This document shows, piece by piece, positions 11,236 through 24,600 of a stretch of 64,000 nt of DNA. The notes below the pieces were generated by a model, which did not search any database, was not told the origin of the DNA, and saw only the letters and a program-made list of their open reading frames with translations. The translations under genes were made by a program, and so were the position numbers. How positions within the stretch are numbered: the first letter of the stretch is position 1; each line of letters opens with the position of its first letter. The DNA is from Hypanus sabinus (Eukaryota), in contig NC_082709.1 in the NCBI RefSeq assembly GCF_030144855.1, positions 53,258,001 through 53,322,000 on the forward strand, written 5' to 3'.

Positions 11236-12224
11236 TGATGTATCTCCTTTTTCTGTTGGAATCTCCTGTTACATTATCTAATTTGCTGCCTTAAGATCAG
11301 CATCAAGCATTGAATGATTTGCAGCCAGTTTAAAGTCCCTGGATTGTTCAATCCTACCTTTTAAATTTTGTTAAAATCTCCCAATGGGAATGTTTTGAAG
11401 GAATGAGACTTTGGGGCCCAGGAGACATTTTATACATAATTAGGAATGAGGTATCAGTGAAACGAACATCTGCCTCATTGCAGCAGCTCTTTTATAAACA
11501 CAAGAAATTCTGCAAGTGCTGGAAATCGAAGCAACACACACAAAATGCTGAAAGAACTCAGCAGGTTAGGCAGCTTCTATGGAAATCAATAAACGGTTGA
11601 AGTTCCTGGCCAAGGTCCTTTATCTGGGCTGGAAAGGAAGTGGGTAGATGTTGGAATAAAAAAGGTGGGGAGTGGGGAAGGAGCTGACAGGTGAAGGCAG
11701 GTGGGTTGTAATGGGAAGGTCTGCAGAGGAAGGAATCTGATAGGAGAGGAGAGTGGACCACAGGAGCAAGGGAAGGCAGAGGGGACCCAGGGTTGGGGGG
11801 AGGGTGGGGTTCCTGTGATGGGTCTACAACTCTCTGCAGTCTTTTTCAATCCTGTGCCTTGGAGCCTTCATACCAGCTGCCAATGTAACCATTTAGAAAG
11901 CTCGTCACTCTACATCTGTAGAAATTCACAAGAATCTTTGGTGACATACCAAATCTTCTCAAACTACGAATGAAGTAGAGCTACTGGGATGTGCCTTCTT
12001 TGTAGTTGCATCAAATTATTGGGACCAAGATAGATTCTCTGAGATGTTGACACTCAGGAAATTGAAACTGCTCACCTTTTCCACCACTGACACCCAAATG
12101 AACACTGGTATGCATTTTCCTGACTTCCCCTTCCTGAAGTTAATCATTTCCTTGATCTTGTTGACTCTGAATGAGACTTTAATGTTGGGGCACCATTTAA
12201 TGATCTGATCTATCACAGAGTCAT

Positions 12225-12955
12225 AGAGTTATAGAAAAGTACAGCACAGAAATGGTTCCCTCCAGACTGAACCATTTAAACTGCCTACTCCCAGCGAACT
12301 GCATTGAGATCATGGTCATCCATACCCCTACCTGTCCAAACTTCTCTTGAGTTTGGATGCCCCATTTGTGCTGGCAGCTTGTTCCACACTCTCACGGATC
12401 TCTGAATGAAAAGATTCCCTATCTATACCCCTCATAATTTTGTACACCACTGTCAGATCTCCTCTCAACCTTCTACATGCCAAGGAATAAAATCCTAATG
12501 TAGTCAATCTTTCCTTATAGTACAGGTACTCCAGATCTGGCAATGTCCTTGTAAATTTTCTCTGTACTCTTTTAACCTTACTGATATCTTTCTGGTAGGT
12601 AGATAACCAAAACTGTGCACAATACTCCAAATAAGGCCTCACCAATACCTTGCACGTCTTCAATATAACATCAATACTTTGAGAGGCAAACATCTACTAC
12701 CATTTTCTGGCTCTTGCTCAAAGCAATATCTAATACAATTTACTATGTCATCTTGAATGCTGAGAGACTGAAACCTCTCATGTTGGACCTTGTCAAAGGC
12801 CTTACTAAAGTTCATGTATATGACATTCAGTGCCTTGCCTTCTTGAACTTTCCTGCTAACTTCCTTGGAAAATTCCATAAGATTGGTTAGACATGATTCC
12901 GCACACACAAAGCAATGTCTATGTCCATCCAAACACTTATATATCTGGTCCCTCA
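12225..12955 (-). mobile_element. CR1 LINE fragment
   Basis: LVRPYLEYCAQFW, RRLRGDL, FSKAFDKV motifs. Confidence 0.85.
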
Positions 12956-13655
12956 GAATCAGAATCAGGTTAATTATTGCTGATACACATCATGAAATCT
13001 GTTGATTTGAGGCGGTAGTACAGATCAACACATAAAAAATAACAACAATTGTAATTGGAAATATTAAAAAAACAAGAAATGTAAAAAGAGAGCAAAACGT
13101 GGGGCAGTGTTTATGGGTTCATGATTCATTCTGAAATCTGATGGCTGAGAGAATGAATCTATAGATGACATCCAGTTGAAGCATTGCCTTTCAATATGTC
13201 CTTGATGGTGAGGAGGCTAGTGCCCATGAAGGAGATGTAGATGGTGATGCAACCAGGCAGGATGCGTTTGATGGTACATCTGTAGAAATTTGTAAGAGTA
13301 TTTGGTGACATGCCAAATCTCCTCAAACTGTATGAAATATAGTTCTTGTTGTCCCTTCTTCATAATTGCATCAATATGCTAGGTGCAGGATAGATCTTCA
13401 GAGATGCTGACAACCCAGAGCTAGAAGCTGCTCTCCCTTTACACCGCTGGCCACTCGATGAGGACTAGTATGTGTTCTCCCAATGGCCCCTTCCTGAAAT
13501 CCACAATAAATTCTTTGGTCTTTCTGATATTAAGTGCAATGTTGTTCTTGTGGCACCACTCAACTAGCTGATGTCTCACGGCTGTATGCCTCTTCATCAT
13601 CATCCGAGATTCTGCCAACAACAGTTGTGTCATTGCTGAATTGAGAGATGGCATT
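12956..13655 (-). mobile_element. Rex1/Babar-type LINE 3' fragment
   Basis: WCHKNNIALNIRKTKEFIVDFRK motif; (tctgat) tail. Homologs at ~31855-32350 and ~53995-54835. Confidence 0.75.
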
Positions 13656-13806
13656 CTGGTGTTCCTCCAGATTCAATCCACCTTATATAATGCATAGAAT
13701 GTAAATTGCTCATACTTGGTTTTCTCTGCAAATGCCAATCACCAAACCTTTCTTGGGATGCCATCCTTCTTAGAAAGCAGGGTCAGCACTATCACATACA
13801 GCTACA

Positions 13807-16800
13807 GGAAAGTGGTTTGAGAAAACCAGGTCAGTACTGAGCCTCAAGAGAGAGAATATGCAGAATGTCTAAGGGATGGTGTTTTGGATTAGCTTGTTGT
13901 TGAGCACAGGAGGGGATAGGCTGTGCTGGATTGGGTGTTGTGCAATGATCTGGAGGTTGTTACATATTCAGGCAACAATAAATATATGAGTTAAGCAAGG
14001 GTTTTTATAACAAACAACACATTTATTAAACACTGAAAACAAACCCCCCCCCAAAAGTAAACAAACACTAACGTAACTGGAAATCAGCTGCTGTGCGGCA
14101 GCTTAAACAGTTCTTAAAGCGATGCAGCTCAAACAGTTCTTAAAGCGATGTTGCAAACACAGTTCTTTAAAGTAGTATTGCCAAAAGTTCTAAATGCTCA
14201 CAGTCCATTTAAAGGAGAGACTTTTTAAGACTAGTTAAATTCTCTTTCACGTCGCTTTGCTTCGATCCCCGACGTCGAACTTCCCACGAAGAATTTACGA
14301 AATTAAACGAAATGGCTTAAAGGCACTGACATTTCCTTTATCACACTGTCCTCAATCTTCTGCTATCCTGCAGAGTTTAACACGAGAACAGTCAATGAAT
14401 TCCTTCCAAATAAGGATTAAACAAGGTCGAACCCGTTTCACCATCGTAAATCGACTCTCCTCGATCATTAACTCCCGAACTCCGATCTTCACTCTCCACT
14501 GATTTCTCAACTAGCAGTATTGTAAAGAAACTGCTGGCAATGACCTTTTAAACTTCAGGCATTAGATAAAACTTCATCTTTCAACTAAACTGTGTCATCA
14601 CATTAAATCACGCAGTGGCATGAAGTCAACTTGGCAAATCCAGCCACGAACTGCCCCTCCTCACGGGGTGGGGTCTTCCTTTTATAACCTGAAAAAAAAC
14701 CTGTCACATGATCTTTACTGGCGGGAAAATGACGTCTTTCCACCATCACAAGACCATTACCTCAAGTCCAATATAGCTTCCACCCCAGTCACATGACAAG
14801 GGTACCACTGTCATGTGTCACGAGTACATAACAAGGTGGAAAGAGAGCTTAAGGTTAAGGAACCCTTAGGGAACAGTGATCATAATATGATACAGTTCAC
14901 ATTGCAATTTGAGAGGGAAAAAATAAAATCTAATGTGTCGGTGTTTCAGTGGAATACAGGAAATTACAACGGCATGAGAGGGGAACTGGCTGAAATTGAC
15001 AGGAAAGGGAAATTTGCAGGAAGGACAGCACTGCAGCAATGGCTGGAGTTTCTGCAAAAAATGAGGGAAGTGCAAGACAGATATATTCCAAATAAGAAGA
15101 AATTTTCAAAGGGAAGAAGGACATTACCATTGCTGACAAGTGAAGTCAGAGGCAAAGTAAAAGTAAAAGAGAGGACATACAAGGAAGCCAAAGCTAGTGG
15201 GAAGATAGAGGAATGGGGAGCTTTTAAAAACTTGTAGAAGGAAATTAAGAACGTCATTTAGAAGGAAAAGATGAATTATGAAAGGAGGCTGGTGACTAAT
15301 ATCAAAGAAGATACTAAAAGCTTTTTTAAGTATATAAAGGGTAAAAAAGAGTCAAAGGTAGATATAGGACCAATACAAAATGACACTGGAGATAGTGTAA
15401 TGAGAGATGGCAGAGGAAATGAATGCGTATTTTGCATCAGTCTTCACAGTGGAAGATGTCTGCAGTATATCGGACATTCAAGAGTGTCAGGGAAGTGAAG
15501 TTTATGCAGTGAAAATTGTGACCAAGAAGGTGCACAAGAAGTTTACTGGTCTGAGGGTGGATAAATCTCCTAGACCTGATGGAATACACCCTTAGGTTCT
15601 GAAGGAAGTAGCTGGAGAGATTGTGGAGGCATTAACAATGATCTTTCAAGAATTGATAGATTCTGGCATTGTACTGGATGACTGGAAAATTGCAAATGTT
15701 ACTCCACTTTTTAAGAAGGGTGGGAGGCAGCAGAAAGGAAACAATAGACCTGTTAGCCTGAAATAAGTGGTTGGGAAGTTGCTGGAATCAATTGTTAGAG
15801 ATGATATTATGGAGAACCTGGAGGCACATGACAAGATAGGGCCAAAGCCAGCATGGTTTCCTGAAAGGAAAATTCTGCCTGACAAACCTACTGCAATTCT
15901 TTGAGGAAATTATAAGCAGAGTAGACAAAAGAGATGCAGCAGACGTGGTGTACTTGGATTTTCAGAAGGTCGTTGACCAGATGCCACACATGAGGCTGCT
16001 TAGCAAGGTAAGAACCTATGGAATTACAGGGAAGTTACTAGAGTGGGTGGAGCATTGGCTGGTCGGCAGAAAACATTGATTGGGAATAAAGGGATCCTAT
16101 TCTGGCTGGCTGCTGGTTACCAGTGGAGTTCCACAGGGGTCGTTGTTGGGACCACTGCTTTTTACGATGTATGTCAATGATTTGGGCCAAGGTATTGATG
16201 GATTTGTGGCTAAATATGTTGATGATACAAAGATAGGTGGAGGAGTGGGTAGTGTTGAGGAAACAGAGAGCCTGCAGAGAGACTAAGATAGTTTAGGGGA
16301 ATGGGCAAAGAAATTGCAAATGAAATACAATGTTGGAAAGCGTATGGTCATGCACTTTGATGGAAGAAATAAATGGGCAGACTGTTATTTAGATGGGGAA
16401 AGAATTCAAAATGCAGAGATCCAAGGAGACTTGGGAGTCCTTGTGCAAGATACACTAAAGGTTAACCTCCAGGTTGAGTCAGTTGTGAAGAAGGGGAATG
16501 CAATGTTGGCTTTCATTTCTAGAGGTATAGAATATAAGAGCAGGAATGTGATGTTGAGGCTCTATGAGGCACTCGTGAGACCACACGGAGTATTGTGTGC
16601 AGTTTTGGGCTCCTTATTTTAGAAAGAATATACTGACATTAGAGAAGGTTCAGAGAAGATTCACGACAATGATTCCAGGAATAAAAAGTTTATCATATAA
16701 GGAATGTCTGTCAGCTCTTGGACTGTATTCTCTGGAGTTCAGGAGAATGAGGAGTGATGTCATAGAAACATTCCGAATGTTAAAAGGCCTGAACAGATTA

Positions 16801-17146
16801 GACACGGCAAATTTATTTCCCATGGTAGGGGATTCTAGGACAAGAGGGCACAACTTCAGGATTGAAGGATGTCCTTTTAGAACTGATATGCAGAGAAATT
16901 ACTTTAGTCAGAGTTTGATAAATCTGTGGAATTTGTTGCTACAAGCGGCTGTGGAGATCAAGTCCTTGGTTGTATTTAAGGCAGAGATAGATAGGTTCTT
17001 AAATAGCCAGGGCACTAAAGGGTATGGGGTGAAAGCAGGGGAGTGGGGATGACTAGAAGAATTGGATCAGCACATGATTGAATGGCAGAGCAGACTCGAT
17101 GGACCAAAGGGCCTACTTCTGCTCCTATACCTTATGGTCCTATGGC
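13807..17146 (+). mobile_element. CR1 LINE (5'-truncated, decayed ORF2) interrupted by a solo LTR
   Basis: LGNSDHN, SGVPQGSLLGP, YVDDTKIGG and QRRFTTMIPG motifs; CR1 tail; interrupts sequence that is contiguous in unit D. Confidence 0.9.
13958..14833 (-). mobile_element. Solo LTR nested in CR1
   Basis: TGTTA...TAACA termini and 4-bp TSD AGGT; CR1 sequence resumes on both sides; TATAAAA and AATAAA on the minus strand. Confidence 0.8.
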
Positions 17147-17321
17147 ATTATTATTGACTGAAACGTTGTTTCAATGAGCAACATGAAGATGAAACACCAG
17201 CTACAACTAATGAATCTTGGCATGAAAAGGGTTAACTTAAATGTACTGCCCTGTAAAAACTGGGGATAAATAGACTCCTTACAAGATAACTCAATTCAGA
17301 TTTTCCTACTTTAAAAACATT

Positions 17322-18565
17322 AACCCTAACCCACCTGGACAAAAAAGACACATACGTTCGAATGCTGTTCATAGACTTCAGTTCAGCATTCAACACAATC
17401 ATTCCTCAGAAACTGATTGGAAAGCTGAGCCTACTGGGCCTGAACACCTCCCTATGCAACCGGATCCTAGACTTCCTGACTGGGAGACCTCAGTCAGTCT
17501 GGATCAGAGGCAGCATCTCCAACATCATCACATGGGGGCCCCCCAGGGCTGTGTGCTCAGTCCACTGCTGTTCACTCTGCTGACCCACGACTGTGCTGCA
17601 ACACACAGCTGGAACCACATCATCAAGTTTGTCGATGACATGACCGTGGTGGGTCTCATCAGCAAGAACGACGAGTCAGCTTACAGAGAGGAGGTGCAGC
17701 AGCTAACGGACTGGTGCAAAGCCAACAACCTGTCTCTGAATGTGAACAAAACAAAAGAGATGGTTGTTGACTTCAGGAGGGCACGGAGCGACCACTCCCC
17801 GCTGAACATCGACGGCTCCTCGGTAGAGATCGTTAAGAGCACTGAATTACTTGGTGTTCACCTGACAGAAAATGTCACCTGGTCCCTCAACACCAGCTCC
17901 ATAGCAAAGAAAGCCTGGCAGCATCTCTACTTTCTGCGAAGGCTGACGAAAGTCCATCTCCCACCCCCCATCCTCATCTCATTCTACAGAGGTTGTATTG
18001 AGAGCATCCTGAGCAGCTGCAACACTGCCTGGTTAGGAAATTACACCATCTCGGATCGCAAGACCCTGCAGCAGATAGTGAGGTCAGCTGAGAAAATCGT
18101 CAGGATCTCTCTTCCCGCCATTACAGACATTTACACTACACGCTACATCTGCAAAGCAAACAGCATTAGGAAGGACCCCACACACCCCTCATACAAACTC
18201 TTCTCCCTCCTGCCATCTGGGAAGAGGCATCAGAGCATTCCGGCTCTCATGACCAGTTTCTTCCCCCAAGCTATCAGACTCCTCAATACCCAGAGAATGG
18301 ACTGACACCAACTTATTCCCCTCCACTGTGCCTATTGTCTTGTCTATTATTTATTGTAATGCCTGCACTGTTTTGTGCACCTTATGCAGTCCTGGCTAGG
18401 TCTGTAGTCTAGTGTAGTTTCTTTTTCTCTGTTGTTTTCATGTAGTTCAGTGCAGTTTTTGTACTGTTTCATGTAACACCATGGTCCCGAGAAACGTTGT
18501 CTCATTTTCACTGTGTACTGCACCAGCAGTTATGGTTGAAGTGACAATAAAAAGTGTCTTTACTT
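17322..18565 (+). mobile_element. Rex1/Babar-type LINE (RT 3' half)
   Basis: [66 protein letters not shown]. Confidence 0.9.
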
Positions 18566-18699
18566 ATTTTGCAAGTCCTTATGATGAAAAGATGAGAGCC
18601 TAGTTCTGTTCATAATAGGACTGATACTTTCATGTAAATGCTGACACAGGTTTTCCAGGCAGGTGCTGACTTGTTTTCTTTTCCTGAGCTGTTTACCTG

Positions 18700-20630
18700 C
18701 ACTAATTAATTTTCTGTTTTCTCTTTCACTCTCCCCTTCCCCTCCTACATGAACTCTGAGGTCAGCATACAGCCCAGGAGCCAGGAACCCTGACCACTGT
18801 CAACAACCCCCAGTTCAAAAACAAAACCCTGGTGAATAACCCATGCTCAGAGTACTAAACAGCTTCTGTCGTCAAGAACAAATTGCAGTGAAATACTTGT
18901 AATGGGTTGATCCTTTATTCAGACACTAATCTGTAGTAATACTACAGTAATATGAACTCAATGTGTGCAGAGGCAGCTGGTAGATATGAAGTAGTGTCTT
19001 TATTTGACAAAATGAAACACAGAGGGCATCATATTGGTACCCTTTCAGAGCAAGAGACCTACTCGACCCAACATTACATGACATTTTATATGCTAAAGAT
19101 CAAAGGACAATTCTATATTTATGATGTATCTGCAATACTTCCTTTGAATTACATATATCTTTCACACATCCTTCTTTGTACCCACACTACAGACACCCAA
19201 ATGAATGTTAAATCAGCATTGTCTGGTTTTTCAATTAGTTGCAGTTCACAGCTCTTTGGAACCCATTGGTCACAGCTGAATTTTAAGTTTAACCTACAGT
19301 CCATATTCAGATCTGGAGCTTGGTGGAAGCAGTTAGTAGCTGAAGTTAATAGTTAATATTGCACCATAAAGAGGTTTGAGCAAATGCTCCACACATTGAA
19401 GATCAATGTATGACCATGGTCAAAACTGTCCCAAGAACCTGTGATTCAAATCTATGAGCTTTAATACTGGGGTAAATGTAAACACAGGGCCAGCAACACA
19501 TTCGGTGTTTACTGCACTATTGCTATTGTTGAGACTAGATGACTGGAACAGAATGATACATTCTAATATCCCTTTCTCAGAGACAGCACTGGGGCTTTGC
19601 AGCATCTTGTTGCCTGTTGCAGTGTGAATCCTTCAGTTTCTGGGTGTTGGATTACTCATAATCCTTGATTACTGTTTATCTGCATGTTTGTTAATTTAGT
19701 TATCAGCAAACTGGATTCTTGGGAGTGCAATGGGGAATTTATCCCACACAAACTTGGCCGGTAGATAAAGAGACCATCGGTTCATGAGCTTCCCACAAAA
19801 CCATGCTGGACGTGCCCAATGTGTGCACACTGCCCCTGCATCAGTGAGCTGGTACTCCCACACACGGCACAGTGGATCACCTCAATGGTCAGCGCTGCTC
19901 AGAAATACTCAACTGTGGGAGATCGTCATTCTGGTTACAGATCTGATTAACCAAACACTGACATGTTTGCTCCAAGTTTAACCCATTGAAAATGAATGAG
20001 TTAAGGTTAGTGTTACTGGAATGATGCCTGGAAAATCAAAATCAGAGTCAGAAACAGATTTAACAGATTTATCACAGCAAGGCTAAGGGATGCACAGTGG
20101 AACACAAGACAAATTGGAGCAGAATGTTACAGAATGCCCTTACGTCAGAACTTGATGATGGAGTGGAATGATGTTCCTTTGAGTCTGTTTTCTTCTCTCA
20201 GACTTCACCCTTGATGTTGCCTTCTGGTTGGTGACCACATAAGCCCTGGATTGATGATCCCAAGAAATGGTCTTAACAGCAATAAAACTGTTGAACTAGC
20301 CACCTGTCACTGGCTCTGTTAATATCCTGTGTTGGGCTCTGCTGGTACAAAGGAATCAACCTGCCAGAGAGGGAGAAAGGACGTCGAACCCACAACAAGT
20401 GGATAGGATGGAATTTCTGGCATATTAGGAATGATATGAGACCGCAGTTAGGAAATTTTAGATTTCAAGACAATTTTCATTGGATCAGAAAAGGACTAAT
20501 TTAATAGGAAGTTAATAGAACAATTCAGAAATTTGTTGTGGTCAATGGAAACGATCAATTCCTAAGAACGAAGAGCAGGGTGTGAGGGCCATTTATTTAA
20601 ACCTGTCATCTAGAGAGCGAGAGTGAAGTT
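18700..20630. repeat. Conserved upstream block of duplication unit B
   Basis: Colinear with 1-1720 (e.g. near-identical MSFPQNH... reading at 892, 19784 and 33330). Confidence 0.85.
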
Positions 20631-21389
20631 CAGATTTCCAACAACTGTGGGCATTTTGCTTTTCAAATGTTAGATGTGAAATTTACAGAAATTTCTTCAT
20701 GTGGAGCAGTTAGAACATTCATTGCACTGTCGTTTTAAAGATCTGTACACTTAAAAAAGGCAAAAAAGCAATAAAGGAATGAAATAATCCTAATAATGAA
20801 TAAACCAGGCTACAGTGTGTTATGCTGTCAAATCTTGCTCCACCACTTTCTTCACTTTTATACTACCTCCTCTCTTTACTTCCAGTCCAGTGAGAGACTT
20901 AAACCAAAATCTTGCCTGTCCATTTCCCGTCATAGATCCTGCCTGACTTGTTGAGTTTTTCCAATGCCTTTGTATGTTAGTCTAGATTTCTACCATCTGC
21001 AGTCTCCTGTGTCTCCAAAATTACATTAGAGCACATTACAGGCTTTCTAGCCAACAATGTTGAGTTAACCTTTTTAATTTCTTTATTTTCTATCTTCGAT
21101 TTTTCAATCATCCAATCACACAGATGCTCCCAACTGCTCACAAAACTCATTTACCTCTAATAATGTCATCAATATTACTGCAAATGTTGATAGAACATAA
21201 AAAACATATAAGATTTCTCTTAACATTCTTTGGATTTATCATTAAGGTTTCTTGTAGCAGTGTGCTGGTAATTTCAGCACATTCCCGAAACACTGGAGGT
21301 AAATCATCATGGAATTTAGTTCAAGTGTTAAATGAATTTGTACAAGTTTCAGAGGATTGTTTCTTCACCTCTATAAATTTTATTATTTC

Positions 21390-21580
21390 ATATTCCAAGA
21401 AATGAAACATAATCTCACTCAATTCTTCACCAAATCTAAACACGATGACGATACCAGGAGGAAGCTCTGCCCATAATTAGAGCCCATCTTTCATCTGGTT
21501 CCGGTGCCCACGGTCAGCAAGCTGAGCAAACACGAGTCAGTGTTTGAATGTGGTGGGGGTGCAGGATATAAAGACCAAAG
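21390..21580 (+). promoter_or_regulatory. Proximal promoter of copy B (TATA box)
   Basis: Same conserved block with GGATATAAAGAC about 90 bp before ATG 21660; TTCCAAGAA at 21393-21401. Confidence 0.75.
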
Positions 21581-21659
21581 GCAGCGAAGTGAAAGCAGAT
21601 CAAGAGAGAGAGAAGCAGTTCCTTCACTGTGAGAAACTAGCTGATTCCATCAAACCAGA

Positions 21660-24600
21660 ATGAAAACTTTCCTGCTTGCCATTGCTGCTGTGCAGATCCT
21701 CTACTGCTCAGGTAAGTACTGGGGAGAACGGAAACCCAAAGAGCAGGAAGTTGTTGGTACTGAACATCAAGCAGTGACATTTCACCGAGGTGTGAGAAGA
21801 ATTCACAGAGGTTTTTTGGAATGCATATTGTATGACTTCCCCTCTCTCTCTGCAGGAATGCCAAGCACCAAAGAAGCTCTGAGAGCCTCGGTTATAAAGC
21901 TGAATGAAATCACCGAGATCACCAACCTCTGTGGTATCTCCAGGGGAGGTGTGACAAATGTAAGTGTGCCTTTGGCTAATTGTGTTTCACAAACTATGGA
22001 CATGTCTGAGTGCAGGGTAACTGTCCACTTAAGCCTGCCCTAAGAGTAGACTAACAACAAAAAAAAAATCAAAGGATAGATGATGTTTTATAATAGGGAG
22101 AATAAGTTGTAACATTATGGGGATTTGATGAGAGAGAGAGTGGGATTGATGGGATTGGTCTGCTGGGAGCCCATATTACCTGAAGGGCTGATTAGCCTCA
22201 AACTGCATAATTCAAACTATGAGATAAATTTTAAGATAAGATGGAATCTAAGTATTCAACGGGAGCTGAATATTATATTGTGTATAGAATGGTCAGCTTT
22301 TTAATTCTCTATCAGTGTTTGAGTTGTGCAACTTTGATTGGACCAAAGCTTTGGAATTAAGTTTGGAAGTTCAACCAATCTTTGATTTGGAAGTCACTAA
22401 AAGTTTTTCCAAATACGTTAGTTAATTTCCTCCAATAGTTATGGATTCATGCAAACTGAGTATCCCTATCGTGATGGTTTAAGTGACAATTTTACCATTG
22501 GGCAAAGTAATTCTCTTGTCCATTTTGGTTGATTGTTGTTGTAACCACTGTTAAAGTCTCTGTAACTCTGAGTTTTATCAGGCCAGTGGAAAAACACCAA
22601 AGGTAATAATTCACCAATTATCCTTCTCCCTTTCTTAAGACATATCGTACAGGTAAACTATCCTACAGTGTGGATTTAACATTCTCTGTGAAAGAAACTG
22701 ACTGCTCCAAGAATTCTGGACAAGAATTTGATGATCCCAGTTGTTCTTTCCGCCCTAAAAACATTGCGGTGAGTCCAGAGTTATATTAAATCTTGCAAGT
22801 CCGTGTATGTTTTAACATCAAAATACAGGCTTTAATTACAGCCTGTTTGATAGAAATGGCCATACATATCCAGTCATTTGAAAGTAAAGGCTAAGAATTG
22901 AGTTAGATCATAATCATGTTGACTTCATGTCGTGCTTGGAATCATGAATAATTTCCTTACATTGTGCTTCATTCTAACAGGGGAAAGGGTTTTGCAAAAG
23001 CCATGTGGAATTTTTTGCTGATAAGGTAGCTGACGTTGATGTGGAGTGTGACGGTCTGAAGACAGTTGACAGTGAGAGTGACTCAACAGAATCGAGTGAA
23101 AACAGTATTGAGGTAACAACATTCATACAATTCAGGACAAAGGAATTTCTAACACAAGATCCTTTACTGAACATTTCATTGCTTATTTATGCTGAAGATC
23201 TAAAAATAAGAATCTTTATCTTACAGGCACAAAGGCAATCAAAAGAAAAATCACTTGAGGAAATCTCAGATGTGAGTATTAATCAGTAATTTATCAGATT
23301 TTTTTCTTGCTGATCTCAATTGTTCATGATGGGGTGATTATAATTGTTTGCAATGAAATGTTAAGTTCTCCATTAGGAATAGTGGATGAGACAGCATGTA
23401 ATCCCAGTCTGATGTGTAGGGACGGGATCCTAATGTTAGATTTCAGTGTGTGATGAGTTGCTTCTCTGCTGGAGATGAACTGAGCATCAGCAGAACAGGA
23501 CTACAGGAGAAGTGTCTGTCAGACTCTCATCACTGAGATTCACCAAGTACCAATCCTTCCATGGATTCAATAAAACAGATGGCAATGATGCCTATAGCAA
23601 CTGTGGCAGGAATATCCATTCACTCTGCTCCTTACAGTTTTTTGAATATCAGTGTAGTATAGAGAGATTTTTTTTGAAGCTTCTGCAATCTAACACTAAT
23701 TCGTAGGATTATCATTCAGAAATGTTAGGATTAATAACTGTCCATTGATAATTCAACATTCTGGTCTATTATTTGGTAATAATGTTTTAGATTTACTAAA
23801 TATACCTTGTACTAATGATATAATTGTACATGTTTTTATATAGGTGAGAAGCAGATCAGAAGAAACTTCACCAGAAATATCTTCAAATGTAAGTTTAATT
23901 TAGGATTTGATATCCAGTTTCTCAATAAGATATGAAACCTAGGTCGATCTGTCAGAATAGAGTCTGAGGATCTTACGTCATTCTTGACTGTTCTAGATGG
24001 TGGGTGTGACAGACAGTGAGAACATTGAATATTAGCTTCTACCTCAAAGCATTTTCCTGTCATAACACTGTAAGCTTTGATTCCCTTAAAATCAAACAAT
24101 TCTTCCAATCCCTGTTTTGAATGAACTTGCAATTGAGACTCCCCAGCTCTCCGGGGTAGCGAATTCCAAAGATTCACCATTTGAGTTTCACCTCATTCCT
24201 CATTGACCAAACTCTTATTTTGACACTATGAGCCAGGGTCTCAACTCCACAGATTAGTGAAAACCCTTTCCCTGATAAGCAATCAAGCCCTCTCACAATT
24301 TTGTTCACCTCTCATTCTTTCAATCCGTAATGAGTAGAGTCTATCGCACTTAATCTCTCCTCATGTGGCAGATGTATTTTCATGGGTAGTATACTTGTAT
24401 AACTTTGTTCTATCCTCTGTCTCAAGCATATCCTTCTTCAGATAAGCAGACCAAAACCACACGGTCCTCACCAGGGCTCAATACAATTACAGTATTCTTT
24501 TTTTCAAGTCCTCTTGCAATAAAGATAATTTGCCTTCCCAATGGCCAGCTGTAGTTGCTGCTGTAATGCCCAGAATGAACAAAGACTCCGTTATATTTCA

